From a virus (lineage: Duplodnaviria > Caudoviricetes), in the IMG/VR virus record IMGVR_UViG_3300038318_000158, positions 1-33,402 of that record: a stretch of DNA of 33,402 nucleotides; one strand, written 5' to 3'. Under the pieces are notes generated by a model. That model had not been told where the DNA came from. It did not search any database and saw nothing but the letters and a program-made list of their open reading frames with translations. The position numbers and the translations under genes were made by a program. Position 1 is the stretch's first letter. The number at the start of each line of letters is the position of its first letter. Below are positions 6,734 through 16,295 of the stretch, in pieces.

Positions 6734-7405
6734 TTATTTGTTCATTTCTATAGCTTCTTTTACTAAACTATCTAATGAATATCTAGTGTCTATAAAAGTT
6801 TTAGCACTTATTATTTCAGTTGCTATGACTTTTATAATTTCCTCTTTTGAATAATCGTAATAATATTCGTTCCATCTCCAATCTTCAATTTCTGCTAATC
6901 TTTTTAATTTTTCATCTCTTATTTTATTAGCCCATTTTACTTGTTTTTCTGAACCTTTTAACTCCGCAAGTTTTAACTTTTTTATTTTTTCTAATGCTTT
7001 TTCTGCCTTTTTTATGTTTTGTAGTAAAACTAATACACCTGTGCCTTTTTCAGCACTGTTGTCTATAAAGAATTTTGCACTTTCTATTTGTTTAACTTCT
7101 TCTATAGTTTCTTTTAATTCTTTAACTTCATCTTTGTTTCTTTCTATTGCTTTTTTATCAATCAAGCTAGTTATTATACTTTCTACTACTTCTATTTCTC
7201 TTTCAATACTAGCTATCATTTCTTTTCTTATGTCTTCAGCCCATTTTATTTGTTTTTCTGAACCTTTTAACTCTACCATTTTCTTCTCCTCCTTTGCTTC
7301 AAAGAGGAATGATAAACATAAACCGAATTGTGCTTGATAATCAACTTTGTATTCCTTTACAAACTTCCTTGTCATTTCATGAGCCTTTTTAAATAAATTT
7401 TTCAT
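6734..7405 (-). CDS. phage accessory protein with two ELKGSEKQxKWA repeats (anti-defence candidate)
   Basis: ORF track; strong RBS; first gene after a consensus promoter. Confidence 0.8.
   Translation of the reverse strand: MKNLFKKAHEMTRKFVKEYKVDYQAQFGLCLSFLFEAKEEKKMVELKGSEKQIKWAEDIRKEMIASIEREIEVVESIITSLIDKKAIERNKDEVKELKETIEEVKQIESAKFFIDNSAEKGTGVLVLLQNIKKAEKALEKIKKLKLAELKGSEKQVKWANKIRDEKLKRLAEIEDWRWNEYYYDYSKEEIIKVIATEIISAKTFIDTRYSLDSLVKEAIEMNK
6929..7273. repeat. 36-nt direct repeat pair (6929-6964, 7238-7273), 35/36 identical, 309 nt apart
   Basis: AGCCCATTTTA(C/T)TTGTTTTTCTGAACCTTTTAACTC. Confidence 0.9.
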
Positions 7406-7453
7406 CTTTACATTCCTCCTTGAATTTGTTTTATTTCCTAACCTCTTAACTAT

Positions 7454-7489
7454 ATTATAGACTACAGTACATATGTTGTCAAGTCTATA
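7454..7489 (-). promoter_or_regulatory. consensus promoter TTGACA-17-TATAAT overlapped by inverted repeat TATAGACT-N18-AGTCTATA
   Basis: -35 at 7477-7482, -10 at 7454-7459; IR arms at 7456-7463 and 7482-7489. Confidence 0.85.
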
Positions 7490-7581
7490 GCTAAATTATT
7501 TTAATCTTATGTAAGCCTTGATACTACTATCCTATAGCTATTTATGCAAAATTATTTTAAAAATTCTTTTATTTTGGGCAT

Positions 7582-7609
7582 AAAAAAAGACCTGGCATTA
7601 AACCAGGTC
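7582..7609 (-). terminator. intrinsic terminator after the ORF6N gene
   Basis: GACCTGG / CCAGGTC stem plus T7 on minus. Confidence 0.8.
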
Positions 7610-7633
7610 GTAATAATATATGTATTGAATTCC

Positions 7634-8539
7634 TTAATTCAACATTAATTGTCTTATTAAATTTATATCTTTTCCCGCTAACTTAGGATTTCTTGGTTCT
7701 GGATATAATTCCTTTACTCTTTTTTTAATATCTTGATAACTATAGCCATCTTCTTTCATATAGCCTATCCTTCCTTCAATATTCATTATATCATCTATAT
7801 CTTCTATGCAAAGATAATTTCTAACAGTATCGTATTTTTTTAAATCAAGTCCCAAAAATCTTTCAATATCTTTTGCAGACATACCAAATAAAGTTCTATA
7901 TATGAAATTAGTTTCAATTGCATATGCATTTTTTCTCCAATCTCTATCATCATGCTCTAAATCGCCCTTCTCTATGAAAAACTTTATAGTATCAGTTGTT
8001 TTCTTTCTCTCTTTTTTTCCAAGAAGTCTTAACATATATTGTTCTGTATCTTCATGAGTTAAAGACTCTTGCCTTAATCTAAAATAATCTCTAATCACAT
8101 TTTTATAAATTAATTTAGATTTTGTGTCTTGCATAAGATTTATTAATAATGAATATCCCTGTTCAGAAAGTATAAATATATTTTTTGAATTTCCAATCTG
8201 TGCCTGAGTATATACACCTGCTTTTTTGAGTTTACTGAATATCTCAGTATTTCCATCTTTCTTTAAGTCTATTATATCTATTCCAAACTCAAAATACTTA
8301 TCTCCACTATCAAGAATTATGTTATTTTTTATTAATTCATTTATTCTTCTAACTCTGATTCTTATTTCTTTTTTGTCATCAGGATTTTCTGAATGTAAAG
8401 CGGCTATTTGAGGAACAGTTAAAATCCTTTGATCTCTTCCAAATCCCCCGTAAATTTCTCTAATTTTTGTTTCAGTGTTTTCTACTGGCACTTCAATATC
8501 GGTACATGTGATATCCCACTTTAACTGTGTAGCTTCCAT
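7634..8539 (-). CDS. ORF6N (KilA-N-like) domain DNA-binding / antirepressor-family protein
   Basis: IAALH...INELIKNNI...GIDIIDLK...NIFILSEQGYSLLINLM pattern. Confidence 0.75.
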   Translation of the reverse strand: MEATQLKWDITCTDIEVPVENTETKIREIYGGFGRDQRILTVPQIAALHSENPDDKKEIRIRVRRINELIKNNIILDSGDKYFEFGIDIIDLKKDGNTEIFSKLKKAGVYTQAQIGNSKNIFILSEQGYSLLINLMQDTKSKLIYKNVIRDYFRLRQESLTHEDTEQYMLRLLGKKERKKTTDTIKFFIEKGDLEHDDRDWRKNAYAIETNFIYRTLFGMSAKDIERFLGLDLKKYDTVRNYLCIEDIDDIMNIEGRIGYMKEDGYSYQDIKKRVKELYPEPRNPKLAGKDINLIRQLMLN

Positions 8540-8647
8540 AATATTGCCCCCCTAAATTTTATAATTGTATAATATTATCTTATATTATATACCATTTATA
8601 AGATAACTCTTATAAAAAAATAGTTATTTTACAACGAATATTTGTAT

Positions 8648-8684
8648 TTATAAAACAGGTCGTTCTAAACGACCTGTTTTATAA
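8648..8684. repeat. perfect 17-bp inverted repeat with 3-nt loop downstream of the lysin
   Basis: TTATAAAACAGGTCGTT-CTA-AACGACCTGTTTTATAA. Confidence 0.85.
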
Positions 8685-8780
8685 CCTTATTATAGACATT
8701 GATATATACGCATTTGAAAGCTTTTCAATATACCTTACTAGACATATATCAAAAACAAAGCATTATCTCTGAGCATAATT

Positions 8781-9893
8781 TTATACAATAAAAGCTTCAA
8801 ATCCATCTTTCTTCAATTGTGCAACTAACTTGTCCGCATTTTCTCTCTTACTAAATGCACCAGTTTGAACTTTATAAAGCCCTCCATCTTGCACTATTAT
8901 AGCATCATAACCTTTACATCTTAATTCATCAACTAACTTTTGGGCATTGTCTCTTACACCAAATGCCCCTACTTGAACTCTGTATAATCTGTTTTTATCT
9001 GAATCTTTATTTTTTATAACTTCTTCTATCTTAGCAAAAGTATTCTTCCCTGGTATTCCATCTGCTGTAAGTCCATTATCTCTTTGAAAAGCTATTACTG
9101 CATTTTTAGTACTATTACCAAAGACTCCATCAATACTTCCTACATTGTAGCCTAGTTTATTTAAATTGCTTTGTAATCCTCTTATTATAGAATCCATTTT
9201 ATTTAGTGTATTAGGCCCTGCTATTCCATCAGCAGATAGTCCATAAGCTGTTTGAAATCTTCTTACTGCATCTGCTGTGCCTGTACCATAAATTCCATCT
9301 ATAGATACCCCTTTGTATCCTAAACCGTTAAGGTTCATTTGAAGATATTTTACTTCTGTTCCTCTACTGCCTACTTTTAATATTGTAGATGTATTTTGTC
9401 CAGAACTATTTGATGTATTAAGTTCAGATTGGATCATATTTAAAAATCTTTGCCATCCCATATCCAGTGTTCTATGTGGACAATATTTATTAGCAAAATC
9501 CTGATGTTTCTTTACTTTATCTATCCCCCAGCCTTTTTCTTTCAATTTAAAAGCAATGAACTTAGCTGCTAACTTCTCAGCTTCAATAAATTTAGTACCA
9601 CCTGACTTGGAGTAACAAATTTCAATTGCTATACCATTTCTATTTCCTTTGCCACTTCCTCCATCCCCTGCATGCCAAGCATTACGATTTTCAGGAATAC
9701 CTTGCACTATCTGCTTATCATCAACTGCAAAATGAAAAGATACTTGATTGTTATTTCTAATCATATAAGCAATTTCATTTGCAGCACTTGCATCATTAGC
9801 AGTATTATGAACTACTATGAATTGAGCATTCATAGTATAAGGACATTTTACATTATATTTTGATGCAGGTACTAGATTTTTAGTTATATTCAT
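8781..9893 (-). CDS. endolysin: Amidase_2 plus two PG_binding_1 and two SPOR-like repeats
   Basis: HNTANDASA, SFHFAVDD, AWHAGDG, IEIC, KYCP; DGIYG..T..AV..FQ...L..DG repeats; YRVQVGAF and YKVQTGAF. Confidence 0.95.
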   Translation of the reverse strand: MNITKNLVPASKYNVKCPYTMNAQFIVVHNTANDASAANEIAYMIRNNNQVSFHFAVDDKQIVQGIPENRNAWHAGDGGSGKGNRNGIAIEICYSKSGGTKFIEAEKLAAKFIAFKLKEKGWGIDKVKKHQDFANKYCPHRTLDMGWQRFLNMIQSELNTSNSSGQNTSTILKVGSRGTEVKYLQMNLNGLGYKGVSIDGIYGTGTADAVRRFQTAYGLSADGIAGPNTLNKMDSIIRGLQSNLNKLGYNVGSIDGVFGNSTKNAVIAFQRDNGLTADGIPGKNTFAKIEEVIKNKDSDKNRLYRVQVGAFGVRDNAQKLVDELRCKGYDAIIVQDGGLYKVQTGAFSKRENADKLVAQLKKDGFEAFIV

Positions 9894-9917
9894 TATAAAT
9901 CCTCTCCTTTGTTATTT

Positions 9918-10217
9918 TTATATATCTAATCTTTCTTTTTCTGCCTTTGGATCTGCAATCAATTCATATCCTCCCATGGATGCCAGAGTTATAAGAATTG
10001 AATTTATTATTGTAACTATAATCCCTTGCAGATTACTAAAATCTCCTACAAAAGCAAAGTTTAAAATTAAAGATATAGCAAAAGCATATAATCTCACAGC
10101 TCTATCTCCATAACTCTTTTTTACTAGTCCTTTTGTAAATTGGACTATTAAACCTACTGCCATGACTAGGCCTGTAAATGTAGTTAATGTATCTACAGTC
10201 ATAAAATCATCTAGCAT
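9918..10217 (-). CDS. holin-like membrane protein
   Basis: Three hydrophobic segments; immediately upstream of the lysin. Confidence 0.75.
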   Translation of the reverse strand: MLDDFMTVDTLTTFTGLVMAVGLIVQFTKGLVKKSYGDRAVRLYAFAISLILNFAFVGDFSNLQGIIVTIINSILITLASMGGYELIADPKAEKERLDI

Positions 10218-10231
10218 AATGTCACCTCCTC

Positions 10232-10465
10232 CTATTTAAGCAATCCTTGTTGGACTGCATAAAAAAAGAAGCTAACAAAAGCTCCTACTAGCAGTCCTAT
10301 AAACCACTTCATTGTTGTTGTAAGCCCTTGAATAGTTTCACAAAGGTTCTTAATCTGTATCTTAAATTCAGCGTTCTCTCTATCATTTTTATCCATCCTT
10401 TTATCTAGTTCTGAAATCTTTTCATCATGTTCAGTAATTTTCATTTCTATAACTTCATGATTCAT
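10232..10465 (-). CDS. xhlA: XhlA-family lysis protein
   Basis: Coiled coil plus C-terminal TM (IKNLCETI...KWFIGLLVGAFVSFFFYAVQ); lysis cassette position. Confidence 0.85.
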   Translation of the reverse strand: MNHEVIEMKITEHDEKISELDKRMDKNDRENAEFKIQIKNLCETIQGLTTTMKWFIGLLVGAFVSFFFYAVQQGLLK

Positions 10466-10496
10466 TTTTTACCTCCAAAATATTTAATTTTAAGTA

Positions 10497-10520
10497 TAAA
10501 AATAAGCCCTTTAAGGCTTA
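10497..10520 (-). terminator. terminator between tail and lysis genes
   Basis: TAAGCC / GGCTTA stem plus TTTTT on minus. Confidence 0.6.
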
Positions 10521-10718
10521 ATCTTCTTCATTCATTCTCTTTTCAATAAGTTGCTCTAAATTTGCTACTGCATCTTTAAACTCTTGCTCTACTACTAAAA
10601 AACTTTCTTTTATGTTTGTGTCTTTTATATTCCCTTTTTCATCACATATGTCATAAGTATACGTGATTCTACTACCATTTCGTGTTTTTAAATAAGTAAT
10701 ACTAGTTAATATTTTCAA
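10518..10718 (-). CDS. small tail-associated hypothetical protein
   Basis: ORF track 10518..10727; TTG at 10718 fits the GGAGGTG RBS. Confidence 0.7.
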   Translation of the reverse strand: MKILTSITYLKTRNGSRITYTYDICDEKGNIKDTNIKESFLVVEQEFKDAVANLEQLIEKRMNEED

Positions 10719-13700
10719 ATTCTTCACCTCCTAGTACGTAATCAACTAAATCAAAGGTGGTTTCTTCATTTATAATTTCCTCTAATCTTGTATCATTTTC
10801 GTCATGTATATCTGTAGCAAGTTCTTCTAGCCTATCATATTCATATCCATCACGCTTAGCCTTCAATTCCCAACTAAATCGCAAATTTGGAGTACCTTTA
10901 ACTACAAAATACAAAGCATTTCTTTCTTCTATCCATAAATCACCTTGCCCTAGTTTTTGTAAGAAAACGTGGTATTGTACATCTGTATTTATTGTTTCGC
11001 CAAAAATATCATCAATGTAGATGTAACACTCTCCATTTTTATCAAGTTTTCCACTACCTAGGTCTCCACTGTAATACTCTGCCATTTCATAACTGTTTAT
11101 AAGCCTGTCTCCATAATTTTTAGTAGTGTGTAAAGCGTTTTTCTTGCCCGACACTGTAAAATCTTTATTTACATGCATATTAGTAAAAAATACTGATTTT
11201 CCGCTACTCGCTTGATACTGAAAGCGAGGACTTCCCGCTCCACTAGGACCATTTAAAGCATAATTGTAAGCATTAATATTCAGCCAATCCCCATTGTCAC
11301 CGCCTGCAAAAATATAAGGTTTATTACTAGAGCCTGTTTCAAAACTTATTGTGTCTTGTACTTCCATTCTTCCTAAAAACTTAGTCCTATAATAAAATCC
11401 AACGTTTGTCAAAAATATAGCAGGAAATTGTGGTAAAAATCCTAGCCTATTTTCTTTATCTAAAATCAAATAATGATGAGGAACGCCTGTATTGCTCCAT
11501 CCTCCCAGGGCTATATGTCTACCATAGTTGTGCGTTATACTTATTCCTTCCTCAAGTTCCGAATTTGCTCCAAAGGGATTTAACCCTGCCGCTATAGCAC
11601 CAACTTGATGCCTTCCTTCGTTAGCTTTTGCATATTCGAAAGTTATGGAATTCCCGATAATAGATAGATTGTATCCAATTTGGTATCCCGTCGTAATTTG
11701 AGCCATAATTTTTAACATGCCGTCGGTTGTACCTTCAAAGACTGGATAATTGTTTTCATTTATAATTTTTAGACTTGTATTTTTAAATGTTGCTGTATCT
11801 CCTGTTAAGAGGTATCCAGGACCTTCCCCCTCCCCCGGATATGGCTTCCAAGCTGTAACATAGTCCCCTTCCTCAAATTGTAGTTCTGTAATTTCAATTT
11901 TCACATATATTCCGTCTTGGCTTCGATTTGGTTGTAGATAAAATAAATCATTAGGGCTTACTGTATTGCCTGTCTTAAACTTAACTACTACTTCATGAAT
12001 TTCTGCATCATCTGCAACAAAAATTGAGCTTGAATCTGATAAAGGCTTATTCCCTTTACCGTCTACTGTAGCAATATTATTTGAATATGTGCTATCTGTA
12101 TGACCTCCAAAAGCCCTTAAACTACCATCTAGTTTTTTATACTTAAAAGATAAAGTATACTCTGTATTAGATTTTACTTGAGGTATTTTAATGCTTATAC
12201 CTTCATGTAACCCTTCAGTTTCTACTATTACAGTACCATCATAGACATATTTATCTTTAATTATTTTACCTCTTCCACCTATATTGCTAAATTGTATTAA
12301 GTTAATAGCTCCAATTTTTCCTACTGCAATTCTTACAGAGTTAGCATTTTGGATTATTTCTGACCCTAGACCATCTATAGTTACTCTTTTTGCTATTTCA
12401 TCAGTATGTTGCTCTATAATTGATTCAGCTACTTTTAAATCAGACTCGTTAGCTTTGCTGTCTAAATCTCCTTTATATGCTGTAGAACTTCTTACTGTAT
12501 TAATTATAGAATCATCTGTAATTTTCTGTTCTGCTATTGATACGCGTGATTCTATTGCAGATACTTCATCGTTTACTTTTATTATCTTTGATTCTGTAGA
12601 GCTTACTCTTTCTGTTATACTATCTAGAGTAATATCTATACCTGCCATTTTTGTATTTATAGCTGTTATTTCATTTTCTACATCCTCAGGAGCTAGTGTC
12701 CAGTCGGTGGCTTTATTGCCGCGTTCTAGTTTTATTCCATTTATCCATATCTCTGCACCAGAAATACGGGTTATAAAATGCAAATCCATTTCTAGCGAAC
12801 CCTCGTAGGTTTCAAAAGTTTTTTTATAATATTGCCACTCATCTGTTGCATTATTTGGGTAATAAGAGTATGTTCCTACTCTTCCAGTATCATCATACAT
12901 AATAGGATGAACTGTAAAACTTGTACTAGTATCTGTTTTTAATTTATACCAAAATGATACAGTTATTTTTTCTTTTTCTCCAACGGGTATTCTTTCACAA
13001 TATCCTCCCCAAGAATCAGTTATATAAAAACTTGTAGGGGCTATTTTAACTACTTCACTGCTTGTTCTATTTTGTGCCCGTTCGTTAGGCCTGAACAAAT
13101 TCCTTCCACCAATTTCAATATCGTTAATCAGTTTTTCCACATCAGTCTGGCTAACTTTGAAGGCTATTTCTTCCTGTAATATATCTATGCTAGCTGTATT
13201 TTTACTAAGTTGAGTATTAATAGTAGTTATATTTTCATCTGTAACACTTTTATATTGATTAAAGGTTTGATTGTCTACTTTTAGCTTTATTGCATTGTCT
13301 AAAGCATTTATTTCGCTTCTTTGATTACTTATTTCTTCTTTATTTTCATCTATAGCTAACTTTTGAGTAGATAATTCAACGTCAAGCGTTCTATCTCCTA
13401 CTTGTATTTTAGTACCATCAATTTGTGTTTCAGCACCATTTATATTTATAATCACATCATTTATATCTAATTTACTTCCTGCTATATTAGCACCTTCTGC
13501 CACTTTAGAATTATCTATAGCACCTTCTGCAATCCTTTGGCCGTTTATAGTACCTACTGTAATGTTATCTGCATTAAGGTTTTTAACTGTAATTATAGCT
13601 GCATCTATTATTCCGGCACTTAATTTGCTAGCTGATAAACTACTAATTTGAGCATCACCTATAGCTCCATCTGCTATAATTCCACTTCCTGCTGTTATAG

Positions 13701-15012
13701 CTCCTACTGCAATATTTTCTGCTGTGATATTCCCGGCCAGTAAGTGGTCTATCTCTCCAACTTTTACTTTCAAGAATGTTATGTCTGCATTTATTGCTTC
13801 TAAATCTTCAACATCAAGATTATCTATTCTTGCATTTATAGCATCTAAATCTGTTATATTTGCTTTTGTTGCTTCAAGCTCTCCTACACGTATTAACGCC
13901 GCATTTAAGTCAACTATATCCGCTTTTTCTGCTATTATAGTAACAAATTCTTGCCTTATAGGATTGAAGTCAATTTTACTTTCATCTACCATACCATCGG
14001 ATGTTGTTATGCTATCTACAGTATCAGCTGTATCTTCTAAATCGCTTTGTATATCCTCAAACTTTGTAACTGCATTGGCAATTTCAACTTCGTTTTTCTC
14101 GGGTTCATAAATCCATTCAACTATTTTAACTATTCTTTGTTTTTCTTTAACCTTAAATCTTTTATCAATAAGTGTTATAGTGTCACCTAGTGAGTAGTCT
14201 AAAATATTATATTTATCATTCATATTAGCTAAATCTATTACATCAGCTTTATAACTAATGTAAGGTTTTGACAAGTCCTCTAATTTAGCTATAGCATCAT
14301 CACGTAAATTTTCAGGTACTGTATACCTATTATCTTCCCAGTATTTAGTTATTACTTTGTCAGAATACTGATGATTTTCTACATATTCTTTTCCGTTGTT
14401 TACTGCTTTTATATCCATTCCATCCTTGCCAACTGGAATTATTCTAGTACAAAAATTATAACTATCTCTTTGAATTTCTAACCTTCTTAAATTCAGTTCA
14501 TCAGTAAAATACACACCCTTGTCACTGCCTAATTGGCTGTATATATTTACTTTTTTGTTTAAAGTATCAAGTTGAATATCGCACCTGTAAACTTTTCTGG
14601 CTTCCTGGATAATATCCCAAGAACTACATTTTGATTTTCTTACAGTTCTTCTTTTTGTCACATCACAGCATCCTACAGACCACCCAGTTCCAGTCAAAGC
14701 GGTATTTAATGTATTTTCTATTTGACTGTTTACCATTTCAAAATGCTCAAAAGGCTTACCTTCCAAATCTTCTACATTCAAGAAGCATTTAAACTCTGTC
14801 CACTCATCTAATTCATGTATTTCTTTTACTACATATTCATCCTTCTTGGTTCTTATATAACATTCTTCAACTATTTCATCATAATATTTTTCATTAATTG
14901 GATATGAAAAAAGGAGAGTGGAATCTCCGTTGAGTTCCCTCTCCACCCTCACATCCTTACACTTTGTTAAAGGTGCTATTTTATTTTTGTCTACATTATA
15001 TAAATGCAACAC
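10702..15012 (-). CDS. tail spike / host-recognition protein (prophage tail endopeptidase-like N-terminus, coiled coils, two carbohydrate-binding-like inserts)
   Basis: TRIIPVGKDG, YVENHQYS, DYSLGDTITLID; GGRNL...KLERGNKATDWTLAPED module; position after Dit. Confidence 0.9.
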   Translation of the reverse strand: MLHLYNVDKNKIAPLTKCKDVRVERELNGDSTLLFSYPINEKYYDEIVEECYIRTKKDEYVVKEIHELDEWTEFKCFLNVEDLEGKPFEHFEMVNSQIENTLNTALTGTGWSVGCCDVTKRRTVRKSKCSSWDIIQEARKVYRCDIQLDTLNKKVNIYSQLGSDKGVYFTDELNLRRLEIQRDSYNFCTRIIPVGKDGMDIKAVNNGKEYVENHQYSDKVITKYWEDNRYTVPENLRDDAIAKLEDLSKPYISYKADVIDLANMNDKYNILDYSLGDTITLIDKRFKVKEKQRIVKIVEWIYEPEKNEVEIANAVTKFEDIQSDLEDTADTVDSITTSDGMVDESKIDFNPIRQEFVTIIAEKADIVDLNAALIRVGELEATKANITDLDAINARIDNLDVEDLEAINADITFLKVKVGEIDHLLAGNITAENIAVGAITAGSGIIADGAIGDAQISSLSASKLSAGIIDAAIITVKNLNADNITVGTINGQRIAEGAIDNSKVAEGANIAGSKLDINDVIININGAETQIDGTKIQVGDRTLDVELSTQKLAIDENKEEISNQRSEINALDNAIKLKVDNQTFNQYKSVTDENITTINTQLSKNTASIDILQEEIAFKVSQTDVEKLINDIEIGGRNLFRPNERAQNRTSSEVVKIAPTSFYITDSWGGYCERIPVGEKEKITVSFWYKLKTDTSTSFTVHPIMYDDTGRVGTYSYYPNNATDEWQYYKKTFETYEGSLEMDLHFITRISGAEIWINGIKLERGNKATDWTLAPEDVENEITAINTKMAGIDITLDSITERVSSTESKIIKVNDEVSAIESRVSIAEQKITDDSIINTVRSSTAYKGDLDSKANESDLKVAESIIEQHTDEIAKRVTIDGLGSEIIQNANSVRIAVGKIGAINLIQFSNIGGRGKIIKDKYVYDGTVIVETEGLHEGISIKIPQVKSNTEYTLSFKYKKLDGSLRAFGGHTDSTYSNNIATVDGKGNKPLSDSSSIFVADDAEIHEVVVKFKTGNTVSPNDLFYLQPNRSQDGIYVKIEITELQFEEGDYVTAWKPYPGEGEGPGYLLTGDTATFKNTSLKIINENNYPVFEGTTDGMLKIMAQITTGYQIGYNLSIIGNSITFEYAKANEGRHQVGAIAAGLNPFGANSELEEGISITHNYGRHIALGGWSNTGVPHHYLILDKENRLGFLPQFPAIFLTNVGFYYRTKFLGRMEVQDTISFETGSSNKPYIFAGGDNGDWLNINAYNYALNGPSGAGSPRFQYQASSGKSVFFTNMHVNKDFTVSGKKNALHTTKNYGDRLINSYEMAEYYSGDLGSGKLDKNGECYIYIDDIFGETINTDVQYHVFLQKLGQGDLWIEERNALYFVVKGTPNLRFSWELKAKRDGYEYDRLEELATDIHDENDTRLEEIINEETTFDLVDYVLGGEEFENIN

Positions 15013-15026
15013 CTAATCACCTACTT

Positions 15027-15407
15027 TTATTCCTTTATCATAAAATTTATGGAAGTCAGTTCTAGAGGGCTTATTTTTAGCCCTTCTAAGGCGTTTAAAT
15101 CTATCTTAGATATATTTACATCTGTTTCTATGCCTAACAGCTCTAAGACCCCTTTGTTGAACTCTAATTGATTTTCAGGTTTTATAACATAGTGTCCTTT
15201 GTCATTTACCTTAGGTTTTCCTTCTTTATCCAATTCAGCATATTGTTTTAATAGTTTTTGCCTTTCTTCTTCATAGACTACTAATTCCTCTTCTATATTT
15301 TTAATATTTTTAGAAATAACATAAGAAATTTTAATAGGTAATTGCTCTTGAGATAATTTCTTCAAAGTCGGTATAGAATTTAATAAGTCTTGATTAGTTA
15401 GCTTCAT
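15027..15407 (-). CDS. DUF1617-like tail-associated protein
   Basis: LPIKISYVISKNIKNIEEEL...ERQKLLKQYAELDKEG pattern. Confidence 0.65.
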   Translation of the reverse strand: MKLTNQDLLNSIPTLKKLSQEQLPIKISYVISKNIKNIEEELVVYEEERQKLLKQYAELDKEGKPKVNDKGHYVIKPENQLEFNKGVLELLGIETDVNISKIDLNALEGLKISPLELTSINFMIKE

Positions 15408-15609
15408 TTTTATCGCTCCTTAATATTCCTGTTAAAGTTGTAACTTCACATTCTAATACTGCTATTCTGTTCTCAAGATTGATTATTATCTCTTCAAGTG
15501 ATACATCTTCATTAAACTTTAGAATTCCGCATTTTATATTTACCCCGCCGTCTTTCTTTGTTTGTACGACAGGCTCACCATCTATATTAAAAAATATTTT
15601 TCTACTCAT
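15394..15609 (-). CDS. hypothetical tail-region protein with C-terminal coiled coil
   Basis: ORF track; ATG overlaps the Dit stop (TAATG). Confidence 0.65.
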   Translation of the reverse strand: MSRKIFFNIDGEPVVQTKKDGGVNIKCGILKFNEDVSLEEIIINLENRIAVLECEVTTLTGILRSDKNEAN

Positions 15610-16295
15610 TAAATCCACCTCGATTTATATTTTATTCTTACCTCTACATTATCCTTATCTATAGATATTGTATTTTTGCCAGGAGAGAGATAAGGAAACT
15701 CCCACATATCAGTTTCATTAAATTTGTTTAAGCCATTTTCTGTAATTAAACCATCTTCACTATTTATTATTATTTTTTTATCTTTCTTAAGATTTTTTAT
15801 TTTGATATCCTCTCCTAGACCTTTTATATTTAAGTCTATCAGCTCAATCAAAGGGGTTATCTCTAATATAACAGGCGTTATATAATTGCTCGTTAGGACT
15901 ATTATTACCTCTTTAGCACCATCAAAATTAAATACCTTTTCTTCTTCATGTTCTATTACATTCATATATATAGTTAAAATCTCAAATCCTCGTACAGTAT
16001 TTTTAATTTCAAAAGATTGCATAAATCCTGTATAAAAATTTTCTATGGCTTTAAATTTTATTGTTGCTTTTTCTATTTCTTTTAATAGAGACTTTTTATT
16101 ATTTTCAATCTCATTAGGAGTTCCTTTAAACTCTATATCTATAGCTAACATTTTGTATCCATATTCAGTGTTACCAATGTAAGGATTAGATACCTTGCCT
16201 TTCCAAAAATCAAAGATATCCCTACTAGAGGGAATTATTTGTCTATCTAAAAGATTAGCATTATATGATTTTATGTCTTTACCGTTTATATACAT
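15609..16295 (-). CDS. distal tail protein (Dit)
   Basis: Follows the tape measure; FPYLSPGKNTI...Y..RWI C-terminal motif. Confidence 0.85.
   Translation of the reverse strand: MYINGKDIKSYNANLLDRQIIPSSRDIFDFWKGKVSNPYIGNTEYGYKMLAIDIEFKGTPNEIENNKKSLLKEIEKATIKFKAIENFYTGFMQSFEIKNTVRGFEILTIYMNVIEHEEEKVFNFDGAKEVIIVLTSNYITPVILEITPLIELIDLNIKGLGEDIKIKNLKKDKKIIINSEDGLITENGLNKFNETDMWEFPYLSPGKNTISIDKDNVEVRIKYKSRWI

Noticed and set aside
10702-15012. Diversity-generating retroelement or invertible tail-fibre cassette
   Set aside because: No reverse transcriptase, TR/VR pair, invertase or flanking inverted repeats seen in the window
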